Source of the DNA: Oscillospiraceae bacterium
Lineage (GTDB): Bacteria > Bacillota > Clostridia > Oscillospirales > Oscillospiraceae
NCBI GenBank assembly: GCA_036653715.1
Contig: JAVVTL010000002.1
Location: 65-64,064 of the forward strand
Direction: 5' to 3'
DNA length: 64,000 bases
The translations under genes were made by a program, and so were the position numbers. Of this stretch, positions 38,657 through 47,755 are shown piece by piece; the first letter of the stretch is position 1; each line of letters begins with the position of its first letter. The notes beneath the pieces are model-generated. The model saw nothing but the letters and a program-made list of their open reading frames with translations, ran no database searches and was not told the origin of the DNA.

Positions 38657-38810
38657 CGAACGGAGGCGTGTATATTTACATTTTGGAAACAAAAAATAGT
38701 TGACCAGTCGGGGGAAATGATATAACATGAGTAAAAAGAAAAAAAGCGACTATAACGGCCGGCCGGCTGCGCCGACAGGCCCTTCAAAAGATGACAGGGA
38801 GGCACAAGAA

Positions 38811-39956
38811 ATGTCTTATAAAGCAGAAAATGGCCCGGAGAACGTAGTGACGATTAAGGTCGTCGGCATAGGCGGCGCAGGAAACAACGTAGTTAACCGT
38901 ATGGTGAAGTCCGGCTCTCAGGGCGTCGAATTCATTTCAATCAACACGGACAAGCAGGCCCTCGCGGTCTCGAACGCCGACCAGAAAATCCAAATCGGCG
39001 AAAAGCTGACCCACGGACAGGGCGCCGGCTCCGACCCCGATATAGGCAAAAAGAGCGCCGAGGAAAACCGCAACGAGCTTGCAAAGTGCTTTGAAGACGC
39101 CGATATGGTCTTCATCACAGCCGGCATGGGCGGCGGCACAGGCACGGGCGCGGCTCCCATAGTCGCCGATATCGCACGCGAATCCGGCATCCTCACCGTC
39201 GGCGTCGTCACGAAGCCCTTCAAGTTCGAGGGCAAGCGCCGCATGGACCAGGCACTCTCGGGCATCAACGCCCTCCTTGGCAAGGTGGACTCCCTCCTCA
39301 TAATCCCCAACGACAGACTGAAATACGCCACCGACCAAAAGGTCACCCTCGCCAACGCTTTCGAGATTGCGGATGACGTTCTGCGTCAGGCAGTCACCAG
39401 CATCTCCGACCTCATAAAAAATACGGGCTTCATAAACCTCGACTTCGCCGACGTTACCACCATCATGAAGGACGCGGGCTTTGCGCACATGGGCGTGGGA
39501 CATGCCGTCGGCAAGGGCAAGGCGGAGGAAGCCGCAAAGATGGCCGTCGCCAGCCCGCTCATGGAAACCTCCATAAACGGCGCGCACGGAGTACTTATAA
39601 ACATCACAGGCTCCGAGGACATGGGTCTTGAAGATGTCGAGACCGCCGCAAACCTCGTTCAGGAAGCCGCTCATCCGGACGCCAACATCATCTTCGGTGC
39701 CACCTTCGACGAGACTCTCGAGGACGAAATCCGCGTCACCGTCATAGCCACGGGCTTTGAGGACGGCAGAGCAAAGACGGTCGATTCCGTCGCCGCGGCC
39801 GCACCTCAGCAGAAGCCGGCACAGAGAGCGCCGGAGGGGCTGTATTCCGCCGCCTCCGAAAAAGCCGTCAGCACGACTGCCTCCGATTTTCCCGCTCCCG
39901 CCCCCACGGAGGAGGACCCGTTCGACAGCATCTTCAAAATCTTTAACTCCAAATAA
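38811..39956 (+). CDS. ftsZ: cell division protein FtsZ
   Basis: IKVVGIGGAGNNVVNRM, tubulin signature GGGTGTGAAP, and a C-terminal peptide DPFDSIFKIF. ATG 38811 with RBS AGGGAGG 8 nt upstream gives a canonical N-terminus. The alternative upstream ATG 38727 would add a Lys-rich 28-aa extension. Confidence 0.93.
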   Translation: MSYKAENGPENVVTIKVVGIGGAGNNVVNRMVKSGSQGVEFISINTDKQALAVSNADQKIQIGEKLTHGQGAGSDPDIGKKSAEENRNELAKCFEDADMVFITAGMGGGTGTGAAPIVADIARESGILTVGVVTKPFKFEGKRRMDQALSGINALLGKVDSLLIIPNDRLKYATDQKVTLANAFEIADDVLRQAVTSISDLIKNTGFINLDFADVTTIMKDAGFAHMGVGHAVGKGKAEEAAKMAVASPLMETSINGAHGVLINITGSEDMGLEDVETAANLVQEAAHPDANIIFGATFDETLEDEIRVTVIATGFEDGRAKTVDSVAAAAPQQKPAQRAPEGLYSAASEKAVSTTASDFPAPAPTEEDPFDSIFKIFNSK

Positions 39957-40054
39957 TCCGCACATCACAGGCCTCGGGTATCCCCTGAGGTCTGTTTAAA
40001 ACCAAGTATAGTCAATTATTTAACACTAACATCATTTTAACAGGAGGCGATCGT

Positions 40055-41335
40055 TTGAGTATGCAACTTAACTCGGAGCAGCAGGCAATGCTGGACGGAG
40101 CGCAGGGAGATGTCATGGCAAAGGTCATGAAATCCCTTGTCATGTACGGTGAGACCTTCGGCGCGGAAAAAATGGTACCCGTGACGAGCAAATACGGTCA
40201 CACCGTCATCAGCTTCGGCATAGGTGCCATGAAGCCCGTCTATGACCTCTATGACAAGCTCATAGAGGCGGGCGCTGTTTCAAAGCAGAAGTTCTCCGCA
40301 GACCCCCTGCCGCTGGACAAGCAGGTTCCGACAAACCTGCTGCAGGACATAGTTTTCAAGAAAATCATGTACCCCCTTCAGGCGAGGTACGAAAAGCAGC
40401 TTGACGCCCTCGGCATGATGGGGAAGGACGCCTTCACCTGCGCCTGCTACCTCGACGAGGTCGGCAACAAGCCCGAGAAGGGCGAGGTGCTCTCGTGGGC
40501 GGAGTCCTCCGCCGTCGTCTACGCCAACAGCGTCCTCGGCGCGCGCTGCAACCGCAACTCGGGAATGCTCGAGATTATGGGCTCCATCGCGGGCTGCGCC
40601 CCATATTTCGGCTTCCTGACGGACGACGGGCGCAAGGCAGACTGGATAATCGAGGTCAAAACCGACGCTAAGCCGGAGGCGCAGCTTCTTGGCTCCGCAA
40701 TCGGCATGAAGGTCATGGAGCAGGTGCCCTACATAAAGGGCCTCGACAAATGGCTCGGCACGGAGCTTAACGACGAAAACACCGCCTATCTCAAGGATTT
40801 CGGCGCGGCAACGGCGAGCAACGGCGCGGTTGGTCTTTACCACATCGAAAATCTCACGCCCGAGGCAGTCGAGCAGGGCGAGGCGCTTATCCGCGAGGGC
40901 GCGCCCGTCTACGTCATCGACGACGCGGAGCTTGAGCGCGTGAAGGCGGGCTATCCCTGCATCTGGAAGGACCCGGACGCCACGCCGAAGCTCTGCTTTA
41001 TCGGCTGCCCGCACCTCACCATGGAGCAGCTCAAGAGCTGGACGGACAGGGTCGAAGCGGGACTCAAGGCAAACGGCAGGAGCAAGGTCGCCGTGCCGAC
41101 GGTCTTCACCGCGCCGCCCGCCGTAATTAAACAGTTCAAGACCACCTACGACTCCATAAGGCTCGAGAAAACCGGCGTAATCCTCTCCTATATCTGCCCG
41201 CTGATGTATATGAACAACCCCCTCTGCGCAAAGCAGCCGGTCATAACCTGCTCCAATAAGCTGCGCACCTACACGAGCGCGAGGTACTATACCGAGAGCG
41301 AAATACTCAATATCATAAGCGGAGGTGCAGTGTGA
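40055..41335 (+). CDS. aconitase X catalytic (large) subunit, DUF521 family
   Basis: 426 aa. The N-terminus LNSEQQAMLDGAQGDVMAKVMK and overall pattern are typical of DUF521/AcnX. TTG 40055 lies 7 nt after AGGAGG. Confidence 0.75.
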   Translation: MSMQLNSEQQAMLDGAQGDVMAKVMKSLVMYGETFGAEKMVPVTSKYGHTVISFGIGAMKPVYDLYDKLIEAGAVSKQKFSADPLPLDKQVPTNLLQDIVFKKIMYPLQARYEKQLDALGMMGKDAFTCACYLDEVGNKPEKGEVLSWAESSAVVYANSVLGARCNRNSGMLEIMGSIAGCAPYFGFLTDDGRKADWIIEVKTDAKPEAQLLGSAIGMKVMEQVPYIKGLDKWLGTELNDENTAYLKDFGAATASNGAVGLYHIENLTPEAVEQGEALIREGAPVYVIDDAELERVKAGYPCIWKDPDATPKLCFIGCPHLTMEQLKSWTDRVEAGLKANGRSKVAVPTVFTAPPAVIKQFKTTYDSIRLEKTGVILSYICPLMYMNNPLCAKQPVITCSNKLRTYTSARYYTESEILNIISGGAV

Positions 41336-41778
41336 TGGCGAAAACCTTTAAGGGCCGCCCCGTGATAGCCGGAGAATGCACAGCGGAGGCTGTTGTCTCC
41401 CACGCGGGCTTCAATACGCTTGCCTCTCTCCAAATGCCGATGATGTTCGGCGACAAAAAGCTCAAGTGCGGCGACCAAAATAACCCCGAGCTATACAAAA
41501 AACCCATCGCCGGCAAGGCACTCTGCCTGCCGCAGACGATAGGCTCCACCACGGGCGGCATGGTGCTGTTCACGGTCTGCTCCGTCGGACGTCAGCCGGC
41601 CTGCATGCTCTTTTCCATGAGCATCGACAGCCTCGCCGCCTCGGGCGCAATCCTCGCCGCCAACTGGACGGACGCGGAAATGCCCGTCATCGACCGCCTG
41701 GGCGAGGAATTTCTCGAATACGTCACCGACGGCGCCGCAATCTCCGTCGCCATGGACGGCAGCGTCACCGTGGGATAA
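41332..41778 (+). CDS. aconitase X swivel (small) subunit, DUF126 family
   Basis: 148 aa. GRPVIAGECTAEAVVSHAGFN...GKALCLPQTIGSTTGG is typical of DUF126. It is translationally coupled to the DUF521 gene. Confidence 0.72.
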   Translation: MMAKTFKGRPVIAGECTAEAVVSHAGFNTLASLQMPMMFGDKKLKCGDQNNPELYKKPIAGKALCLPQTIGSTTGGMVLFTVCSVGRQPACMLFSMSIDSLAASGAILAANWTDAEMPVIDRLGEEFLEYVTDGAAISVAMDGSVTVG

Positions 41779-41823
41779 TAAGCACCCCGAAGCACCGGAT
41801 ATTCTCCGGGACTTGCTCTGCAA

Positions 41824-41870
41824 AAAGCCTCTCGGCGTATTTTATACGCGCCGGGGGGCTTTGTTTTTTT
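41824..41870 (+). terminator. rho-independent terminator after the AcnX pair
   Basis: AAAGCC..CGGCG-loop-CGCCG..GGCTTT stem followed by a T7 run (41864-41870). Confidence 0.6.
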
Positions 41871-41917
41871 GCGGAATATGTTATAATCAAGAAAATCGGA
41901 TATGGGAAGGATACGCA

Positions 41918-43138
41918 ATGAAAGCATATGAGAGACTTATAAGATATGCCGAGGTCAGCACCGCGAGCGCGGAGGACAGCGGCGAGTCGCCCACCACCGC
42001 GCGTCAGTTTGACCTCGCAAGGCTATTGGCGGGGGAGCTGCTGTCCCTCGGCGTGAGCGACGTGGAGGTCAGCGACAGCTGCTACGTCTACGCGCATCTG
42101 CCTGCGACGGCGGGGCTGGAGAATGCGCCCTGCCTCGGCCTTATCGCGCACATGGATACCTCTCCGGATTTCTCCGGCGAGAACGTAAAGCCGCGCATAA
42201 TCGAAAACTACGACGGCGAGGACGTCCCCCTCGGCACGAGCGGCAGGGTGCTCACGCACAACATGTTCCCGAGCCTCAGGCGTCTCAAGGGCCGCACCCT
42301 CATCGTCACCGACGGCACAACGCTTTTGGGCGCGGACGACAAGGCCGGTATCGCCGAAATTATGACCCTCCTTGAAAAACTCATCGACGACAGCGCGCCC
42401 CACGGGCGCATATCCGTCTGCTTCACGCCGGACGAGGAGGTCGGCTGCGGCACGGCGCACTTTGACCTCAAGAAGCTCGGCGCGGACTTTGCCTATACCC
42501 TCGACGGCGAGGAGGAGGGCGAGGTCGTCTTCGAAAACTTTAACGCCTGCGCAGCGACGGTCACCTTCAGCGGCGTCAATCTGCATCCCGGCAGCTCCAA
42601 GGACGCCATGGTGAACGCGGGACTTGTGGCCATGGAGTTCAACGCCATGCTTCCCGCCGGCGACACGCCGCGAAATACCGAGGGCTACGAGGGCTTTTTC
42701 CACCTCATCTCCATGAGCGGCACCGTCGAAAAATCAGAGACGCGCTATATCGTCCGCGACCACGACGCCGCAAAATTCGAGCAGCGCAAGGACACGCTCA
42801 TGCACATCGAAAAGCTGCTGAACGCAAAATACGGCGCAAATACCGTGCGCGTGGCACTGCGCGAGCAATATCGCAACATGGCGGAAAAAATCAGGCCGAG
42901 CTATTACCACCTCGTCGATAACGCAATAGAAGCCACGCGCGCCGCGGGCGTTGAGCCGATTCTGCGCCCCATACGCGGCGGCACGGACGGCGCACAGCTC
43001 TCGTGGGAGGGCTTGCCCTGCCCCAATCTCGGCACCGGCGGCTTCGGCTTCCACGGCCCCTATGAGCACATCAGCGTCGAAGGTATGGACAAAGCCGTCG
43101 AGATACTCCAAAATATCGTGAGCATCTACGCGAAGTAA
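41918..43138 (+). CDS. pepT: peptidase T (tripeptide aminopeptidase, M20B)
   Basis: MKAYERLIRYAEV, AHMDTSPDFSG, GADDKAGIAEIM and FTPDEEVG. The track ORF starts at 41813. Confidence 0.9.
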   Translation: MKAYERLIRYAEVSTASAEDSGESPTTARQFDLARLLAGELLSLGVSDVEVSDSCYVYAHLPATAGLENAPCLGLIAHMDTSPDFSGENVKPRIIENYDGEDVPLGTSGRVLTHNMFPSLRRLKGRTLIVTDGTTLLGADDKAGIAEIMTLLEKLIDDSAPHGRISVCFTPDEEVGCGTAHFDLKKLGADFAYTLDGEEEGEVVFENFNACAATVTFSGVNLHPGSSKDAMVNAGLVAMEFNAMLPAGDTPRNTEGYEGFFHLISMSGTVEKSETRYIVRDHDAAKFEQRKDTLMHIEKLLNAKYGANTVRVALREQYRNMAEKIRPSYYHLVDNAIEATRAAGVEPILRPIRGGTDGAQLSWEGLPCPNLGTGGFGFHGPYEHISVEGMDKAVEILQNIVSIYAK

Positions 43139-43183
43139 TCCAAACTACTGCGGAGCGTCTTTGCATCAAAAAACAATTCATTG

Positions 43184-43240
43184 AAAAAACAGCCGGCGCA
43201 TTGACCGTTTTGGTCGCTGCGCCGGCTGTTTGCCTGTTTT
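43184..43240. terminator. bidirectional terminator between pepT and the convergent UPF0316 gene
   Basis: 13-bp stem AACAGCCGGCGCA / TGCGCCGGCTGTT flanked by an A-run and T-rich sequence. Confidence 0.6.
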
Positions 43241-43266
43241 GCGGGTATCATTACAGATATGTAAGC

Positions 43267-43791
43267 TTATTCGCCTTTTCTCATGAAGCCGTTGAAGACG
43301 TATTTTGTCTCCTGAACCATGATAAATGCCTTGGGGTCGAGGGTGTAGACGAGCGTTTTGAATTCCTTGAGCCTGCGGTCGCCGATTTCGGAGAGGAGCA
43401 GGTATTTTTCGGGGCCGTAGGCGGTGGCGCGGGCATCCACAACGGTGACGGCAAAGCCGGCGCCCTGAAGTGAGTGGATAAGCTCGTCGTTCTTGCCGGT
43501 GGTGACGACCTCCATGACGACGTTGGAGCGGATAAGCCGCATGGCGAGCTTGCCGCCGACAAAGGTGCCCGCCGCAAAGCCGCCGCCGTAGGCGAGAGCG
43601 ATGGGCAGTCCCGTGACCTCGGAATTAAGCGCCTGACGCACGATGACGAACCAGAGAAAAGCCTCAAAAAAGCCGACCAGCGCGGCGAGGGCTGTTTTTT
43701 CCTTGACCGTCAGAACCGTACGCATGGTGCAGCAGGACACGTCGAGTATCCTGCAAAGAAATATTTCTACGCAGAGCAGCGCAACTTTCAT
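43267..43791 (-). CDS. UPF0316-family membrane protein (DUF2179 C-terminal domain)
   Basis: 174 aa with three N-terminal TM segments plus a soluble domain (VVTTGKNDELIHSLQGAGFAVTVVDA). Confidence 0.72.
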   Translation of the reverse strand: MKVALLCVEIFLCRILDVSCCTMRTVLTVKEKTALAALVGFFEAFLWFVIVRQALNSEVTGLPIALAYGGGFAAGTFVGGKLAMRLIRSNVVMEVVTTGKNDELIHSLQGAGFAVTVVDARATAYGPEKYLLLSEIGDRRLKEFKTLVYTLDPKAFIMVQETKYVFNGFMRKGE

Positions 43792-43932
43792 AAATGCCTC
43801 CTGTTTCAGTAAACGTTCGCCATGTTATCACGCAAAACCACTTTTGGCAATACGTATTGTTTACAATATAATGCAGACGTGGTAAAATACTATTCTGCAA
43901 TTCAACAGGTTGCGCCGAAGGGGTATAAGCGG

Positions 43933-44994
43933 ATGCTCGATAAGCTAAAGCAAATTGAAGAAAAATTCGCCGCCGTCGAGAGCCGAATGGCTCAGCCGGA
44001 GGTATATTCGGACCCGGAGGTCTACGCGAAGCTTGCCAAGGAACAAAAAGAGCTTCAGCCAATCGTGACGGTCTACAGGGCCTATGCCGCCGCCGAGCGG
44101 GAGATGGACAGCGCAAAGGAGCTGTTTACGGACCCCGAGCTTGGCGAGATGGCGCGCGAGGAATACGACAGAGCCAAGAGCGAGACAGAGGCGCTGGAGC
44201 AAAAAATAAAGCTTCTGCTGCTGCCCCGCGATCCCAACGACGAGCGCGGCGTAATCGTCGAAATACGCGGCGGCGTCGGGGGAGAGGAATCTGCGCTTTT
44301 CGCGGCGAAGCTCTATCGCATGTACTCCATGTATGCCGAGTCCCGCCGTTGGAAGACCGAGATTGCCAACCTTAACGACACCGAGCTTGGCGGCTTCAAG
44401 GAAGTCAGCTTCATCATCGAGGGCGACGGCGCATACTCGCGGCTCAAGTTCGAGTCGGGCGTCCACCGCGTCCAGCGCGTCCCGGAAACGGAGGCGGGCG
44501 GCCGCATACACACGAGCACAGTCACCGTGGCAGTCCTGCCGGAGGTGGACGAGGTCGAGTTTCGAATCAATCCCTCCGAGCTTCAGATAGACACCTTCCG
44601 CGCCTCGGGCGCCGGCGGTCAGCACGTCAACAAGACCGAGAGCGCCATACGCATAACCCATCTGCCCACCGGCACGGTGGTAGAGTGCCAGGACGAGCGC
44701 AGCCAATACAAAAACAAGGACAGGGCGATGAAAATTCTCAGCTCCCGTCTCTACGAGGCGGAGGAGCAGCGCAAGAACGCCCTGCTCGCCGCAGAGCGCA
44801 AGAGCCAGGTCGGAAGCGGTATGCGCAACGAGCGCATACGCACCTATAACTTCCCGCAGGGGCGCGTCACCGACCACCGCATCGGCCTCACCCTCTACAA
44901 AATCGAACAGATAATGGACGGCGCGCTCGATGAGCTTATCGACGCCCTCGTCACAGCCGATCAAACGGAAAAAATGAAAGCCGGCATCGAGTAA
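43933..44994 (+). CDS. prfA: peptide chain release factor 1
   Basis: [29 protein letters not shown] (RF1 PxT tripeptide region) and the GGQ motif [11 protein letters not shown]. Confidence 0.95.
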   Translation: MLDKLKQIEEKFAAVESRMAQPEVYSDPEVYAKLAKEQKELQPIVTVYRAYAAAEREMDSAKELFTDPELGEMAREEYDRAKSETEALEQKIKLLLLPRDPNDERGVIVEIRGGVGGEESALFAAKLYRMYSMYAESRRWKTEIANLNDTELGGFKEVSFIIEGDGAYSRLKFESGVHRVQRVPETEAGGRIHTSTVTVAVLPEVDEVEFRINPSELQIDTFRASGAGGQHVNKTESAIRITHLPTGTVVECQDERSQYKNKDRAMKILSSRLYEAEEQRKNALLAAERKSQVGSGMRNERIRTYNFPQGRVTDHRIGLTLYKIEQIMDGALDELIDALVTADQTEKMKAGIE

Positions 44995-46229
44995 TGGAAG
45001 AAAAATCAAAGCTGCAAACACTTGTGACCGCAGAGCCCGTTGAGGCGGCGGACATAATAAAGCGCGGCGGGCTTGTCGCCGTCCCGACGGAGACGGTATA
45101 CGGCCTCGCGGGAAACGGATTAAACAGGGACGCAGTCCACAGGATATACGAGGTCAAGGGCAGACCCGAGATAAAACCGCTCTCCCTCATGGTGCCGGAC
45201 GCCGGCGCATTTTCGCTCTACTGCGAGGACGTGCCGCCGCAGGCAGGGCTTTTGGCGGAGCGCTTCTGGCCGGGGCCGCTCACCATTGTCCTCAAATCCA
45301 AGCCCATAGTCCCGGATATCACCCGCGCAGGGGGGGACACAATCGGCCTGCGCTGCCCGGACCATCCGCTCACGCTTGCGCTTTTGCGCTCCTGCGGGCT
45401 GCCGCTCGCCGCGCCCTCCGCCAATCCCTCGTCTGCCCCAAGCCCCAAGACGGCGGGGGAGGTCATGGCCTATTTTGACGGCGCAATTGACGCCATTATC
45501 GACGGCGGCCCCTGCGGCATAGGGCTGGAATCCACCATAATCGACCTCTCTTTTGCGCCCTACCGCATCCTGCGCCAAGGCGCGCTTCCGCAGGACGAGA
45601 TAGCCGACGCCTTGGTTTCCGGCATGACCCTCATAGGCGTCACCGGCGGCACGGGCACGGGCAAGACGACGGCGCTCGCGGTGCTCGAAAAATTAGGCGC
45701 CCTCGCCATAGACTGCGACGAGGTCTACCACGAGCTGACGGAGACGAGCGCGGAGCTTAAAGCAGAGCTTGAAGCCCGCTTCGGCAGGGTATACTCTGAC
45801 GGCAGGCTTGACCGAAAGGCCATCGGAGAAGTCGTCTTTGCCGACGCCTCCGCCCTCGCCGAGCTGAACGCCATAACCCACAGGCACGTCGGCAATGAGA
45901 TAACGCGCAGGCTGCGCGCGCACGCCATGGCCGGCGGAACCCTCGCCGCCATCGACGCCATTGCCCTCATAGAGAGCAAAACCGCCCTGCGCTGCTCAAA
46001 GGTCTTCGGCGTAACTGCCGATATCGAGACACGCGCCGCGCGCATAATGTCGCGCGAGGGGATAAGCCGAGAATACGCCGAAAAGCGCATAAACGCCCAA
46101 AAAACGGACGATTTCTATATTGAAAATTGCGACGCCGTCCTGCGCAACAGCGGGACGAAGGAAGAATTTGCGGCTCTCTGCGAGACCGCGTTTATGGAGG
46201 TACTGAAAAATGGCAACAAAAAAGATTGA
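44994..46229 (+). CDS. fusion protein: threonylcarbamoyl-AMP synthase (YrdC/TsaC domain) + dephospho-CoA kinase (CoaE domain)
   Basis: The N-terminal ~200 aa carry YrdC motifs (GGLVAVPTETVYGLAGN, PLSLMV, WPGPLT, SANPS). The C-terminal ~200 aa start with the CoaE P-loop IGVTGGTGTGKTT followed by AIDCDEVYHEL. It is one uninterrupted 411-codon frame. Confidence 0.8.
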   Translation: MEEKSKLQTLVTAEPVEAADIIKRGGLVAVPTETVYGLAGNGLNRDAVHRIYEVKGRPEIKPLSLMVPDAGAFSLYCEDVPPQAGLLAERFWPGPLTIVLKSKPIVPDITRAGGDTIGLRCPDHPLTLALLRSCGLPLAAPSANPSSAPSPKTAGEVMAYFDGAIDAIIDGGPCGIGLESTIIDLSFAPYRILRQGALPQDEIADALVSGMTLIGVTGGTGTGKTTALAVLEKLGALAIDCDEVYHELTETSAELKAELEARFGRVYSDGRLDRKAIGEVVFADASALAELNAITHRHVGNEITRRLRAHAMAGGTLAAIDAIALIESKTALRCSKVFGVTADIETRAARIMSREGISREYAEKRINAQKTDDFYIENCDAVLRNSGTKEEFAALCETAFMEVLKNGNKKD

Positions 46230-47631
46230 AGACAAGAACACAGAGGAAAGGGACTACCGCAAGGAGCTTTTCTATGAGCAGAAGAACGGCTATGACCTCA
46301 TCGACGCTGCCGAGGTAAAGCTGGCAGAGACATATTGCGAGGGCTACAAGTCCTATCTGAGCGACTCGCGCACCGAGCGCGAGGCAGTCCGTAACGCGAT
46401 AGCGCTTGCGGAGAAGGAAGGCTTTGTCGAGTACGAGGCGGGAATGGCGCTCGCGACAGGCTCCAAAATCTATTGCAACAACCGCGGCAAGGCTCTGATG
46501 CTCGCCGTCATGGGTCAAAAGCCCATGGACGCAGGCTGCGTCATCGCCGCCGCGCATGTGGACGCGCCCAAGCTTGACCTCAAGCAGCTCCCGCTGTACG
46601 AGGACTCCGAGATGGCCTTCTTCAAGACCCACTACTACGGCGGCATCAAAAAATATCAGTGGACGGCGATTCCTCTTGAGCTGCGCGGCGTCGTGGCGCT
46701 CAAGGACGGGACGCTCGTCGATGTGGTCATAGGCCACGATAAGGACGACCCCCAGTTCGTCATCACGGACCTGCTGCCGCATTTGGCTCAGGACCAAATG
46801 AAAAAAACCATGGCGGAGGCCATCTCCGGCGAGAGCCTCAATATCCTCATCGGCAGCGCTCCCTATGCCGACGACGGCAAGGACAGAGTCAAGCTCGCCG
46901 TCATGAGCATCCTCTTTGAGAGCTACGGCATCACGGAGGAGGATTTTGTCTCTGCGGAGCTGACCGCCGTGCCCGCCTTTGACGTGCGCGATATCGGCCT
47001 CGACCGCAGCCTCATCGGTGCCTACGGTCACGACGACCGCGTCTGCGCCTATGCCGAGCTTCGCGCCATCATGGACGTGAAGGAGCCGGAGCGCACCTGC
47101 GTCTGCATCCTTGCAGACAAAGAAGAGACAGGCTCCGACGGCGTCTCCGGCATGAAGTCTCAGGCGTTTGAGCGCTTTATCGGCGAGCTTTGCGCCGCTC
47201 AGGACGTCTGCCTTCAGGAGTGCTTCTCAAAGAGCTTCTGCGTCTCCGCAGACGTGACGGCGGCATTTGACCCCAACTACCCCGAGGTCTCCGAGAAGCG
47301 CAACGACGCCAAAATAAACTACGGCATGGGCCTCTGCAAATTCACCGGCGCGCGCGGAAAATCCGGCACGAGCGACGCATCGGCGGAGCTTGTCGCCCAT
47401 CTGCGCCGCATCTACGAGCAGGATTCCGTCGTCTGGCAGATGTGCGAGCTGGGCAAGGTTGACCAGGGCGGCGGCGGCACAGTCGCCATGCACATGGCAA
47501 ACCGCGACATCGACACCATCGACGCAGGCGTCCCCGTGCTCTCTATGCACGCGCCGTTCGAGGTCGTCTCCAAGTTCGACTGCTGGATGACCTACAAGGG
47601 CGTCCTCTCCGCATACAACGCGAAACAATAA
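46210..47631 (+). CDS. M18-family aminopeptidase (aminopeptidase 1-like)
   Basis: 473 aa. AAHVDAPKLDLK, FFKTHYYGGIKKYQW, GAYGHDDRVC, and C-terminal GVPVLSMHAPFE are typical of clostridial M18 enzymes. Confidence 0.82.
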   Translation: MATKKIEDKNTEERDYRKELFYEQKNGYDLIDAAEVKLAETYCEGYKSYLSDSRTEREAVRNAIALAEKEGFVEYEAGMALATGSKIYCNNRGKALMLAVMGQKPMDAGCVIAAAHVDAPKLDLKQLPLYEDSEMAFFKTHYYGGIKKYQWTAIPLELRGVVALKDGTLVDVVIGHDKDDPQFVITDLLPHLAQDQMKKTMAEAISGESLNILIGSAPYADDGKDRVKLAVMSILFESYGITEEDFVSAELTAVPAFDVRDIGLDRSLIGAYGHDDRVCAYAELRAIMDVKEPERTCVCILADKEETGSDGVSGMKSQAFERFIGELCAAQDVCLQECFSKSFCVSADVTAAFDPNYPEVSEKRNDAKINYGMGLCKFTGARGKSGTSDASAELVAHLRRIYEQDSVVWQMCELGKVDQGGGGTVAMHMANRDIDTIDAGVPVLSMHAPFEVVSKFDCWMTYKGVLSAYNAKQ

Positions 47632-47638
47632 GCTCAAA

Positions 47639-47668
47639 TTACGGGCGGCTTTTTGCCGCCCGTAATAT
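47639..47668 (+). terminator. terminator-like hairpin
   Basis: ATTACGGGCGGC-TTTTT-GCCGCCCGTAAT perfect 12-bp stem. The T-run is not immediately adjacent. Confidence 0.5.
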
Positions 47669-47755
47669 CGACTTGTTCTTTTTGAAAAAATGTGGTACTA
47701 TAATCCATCAGGTATACATAATGCCAATTCCCGACCGACTGAGGAGGGATTTCAT

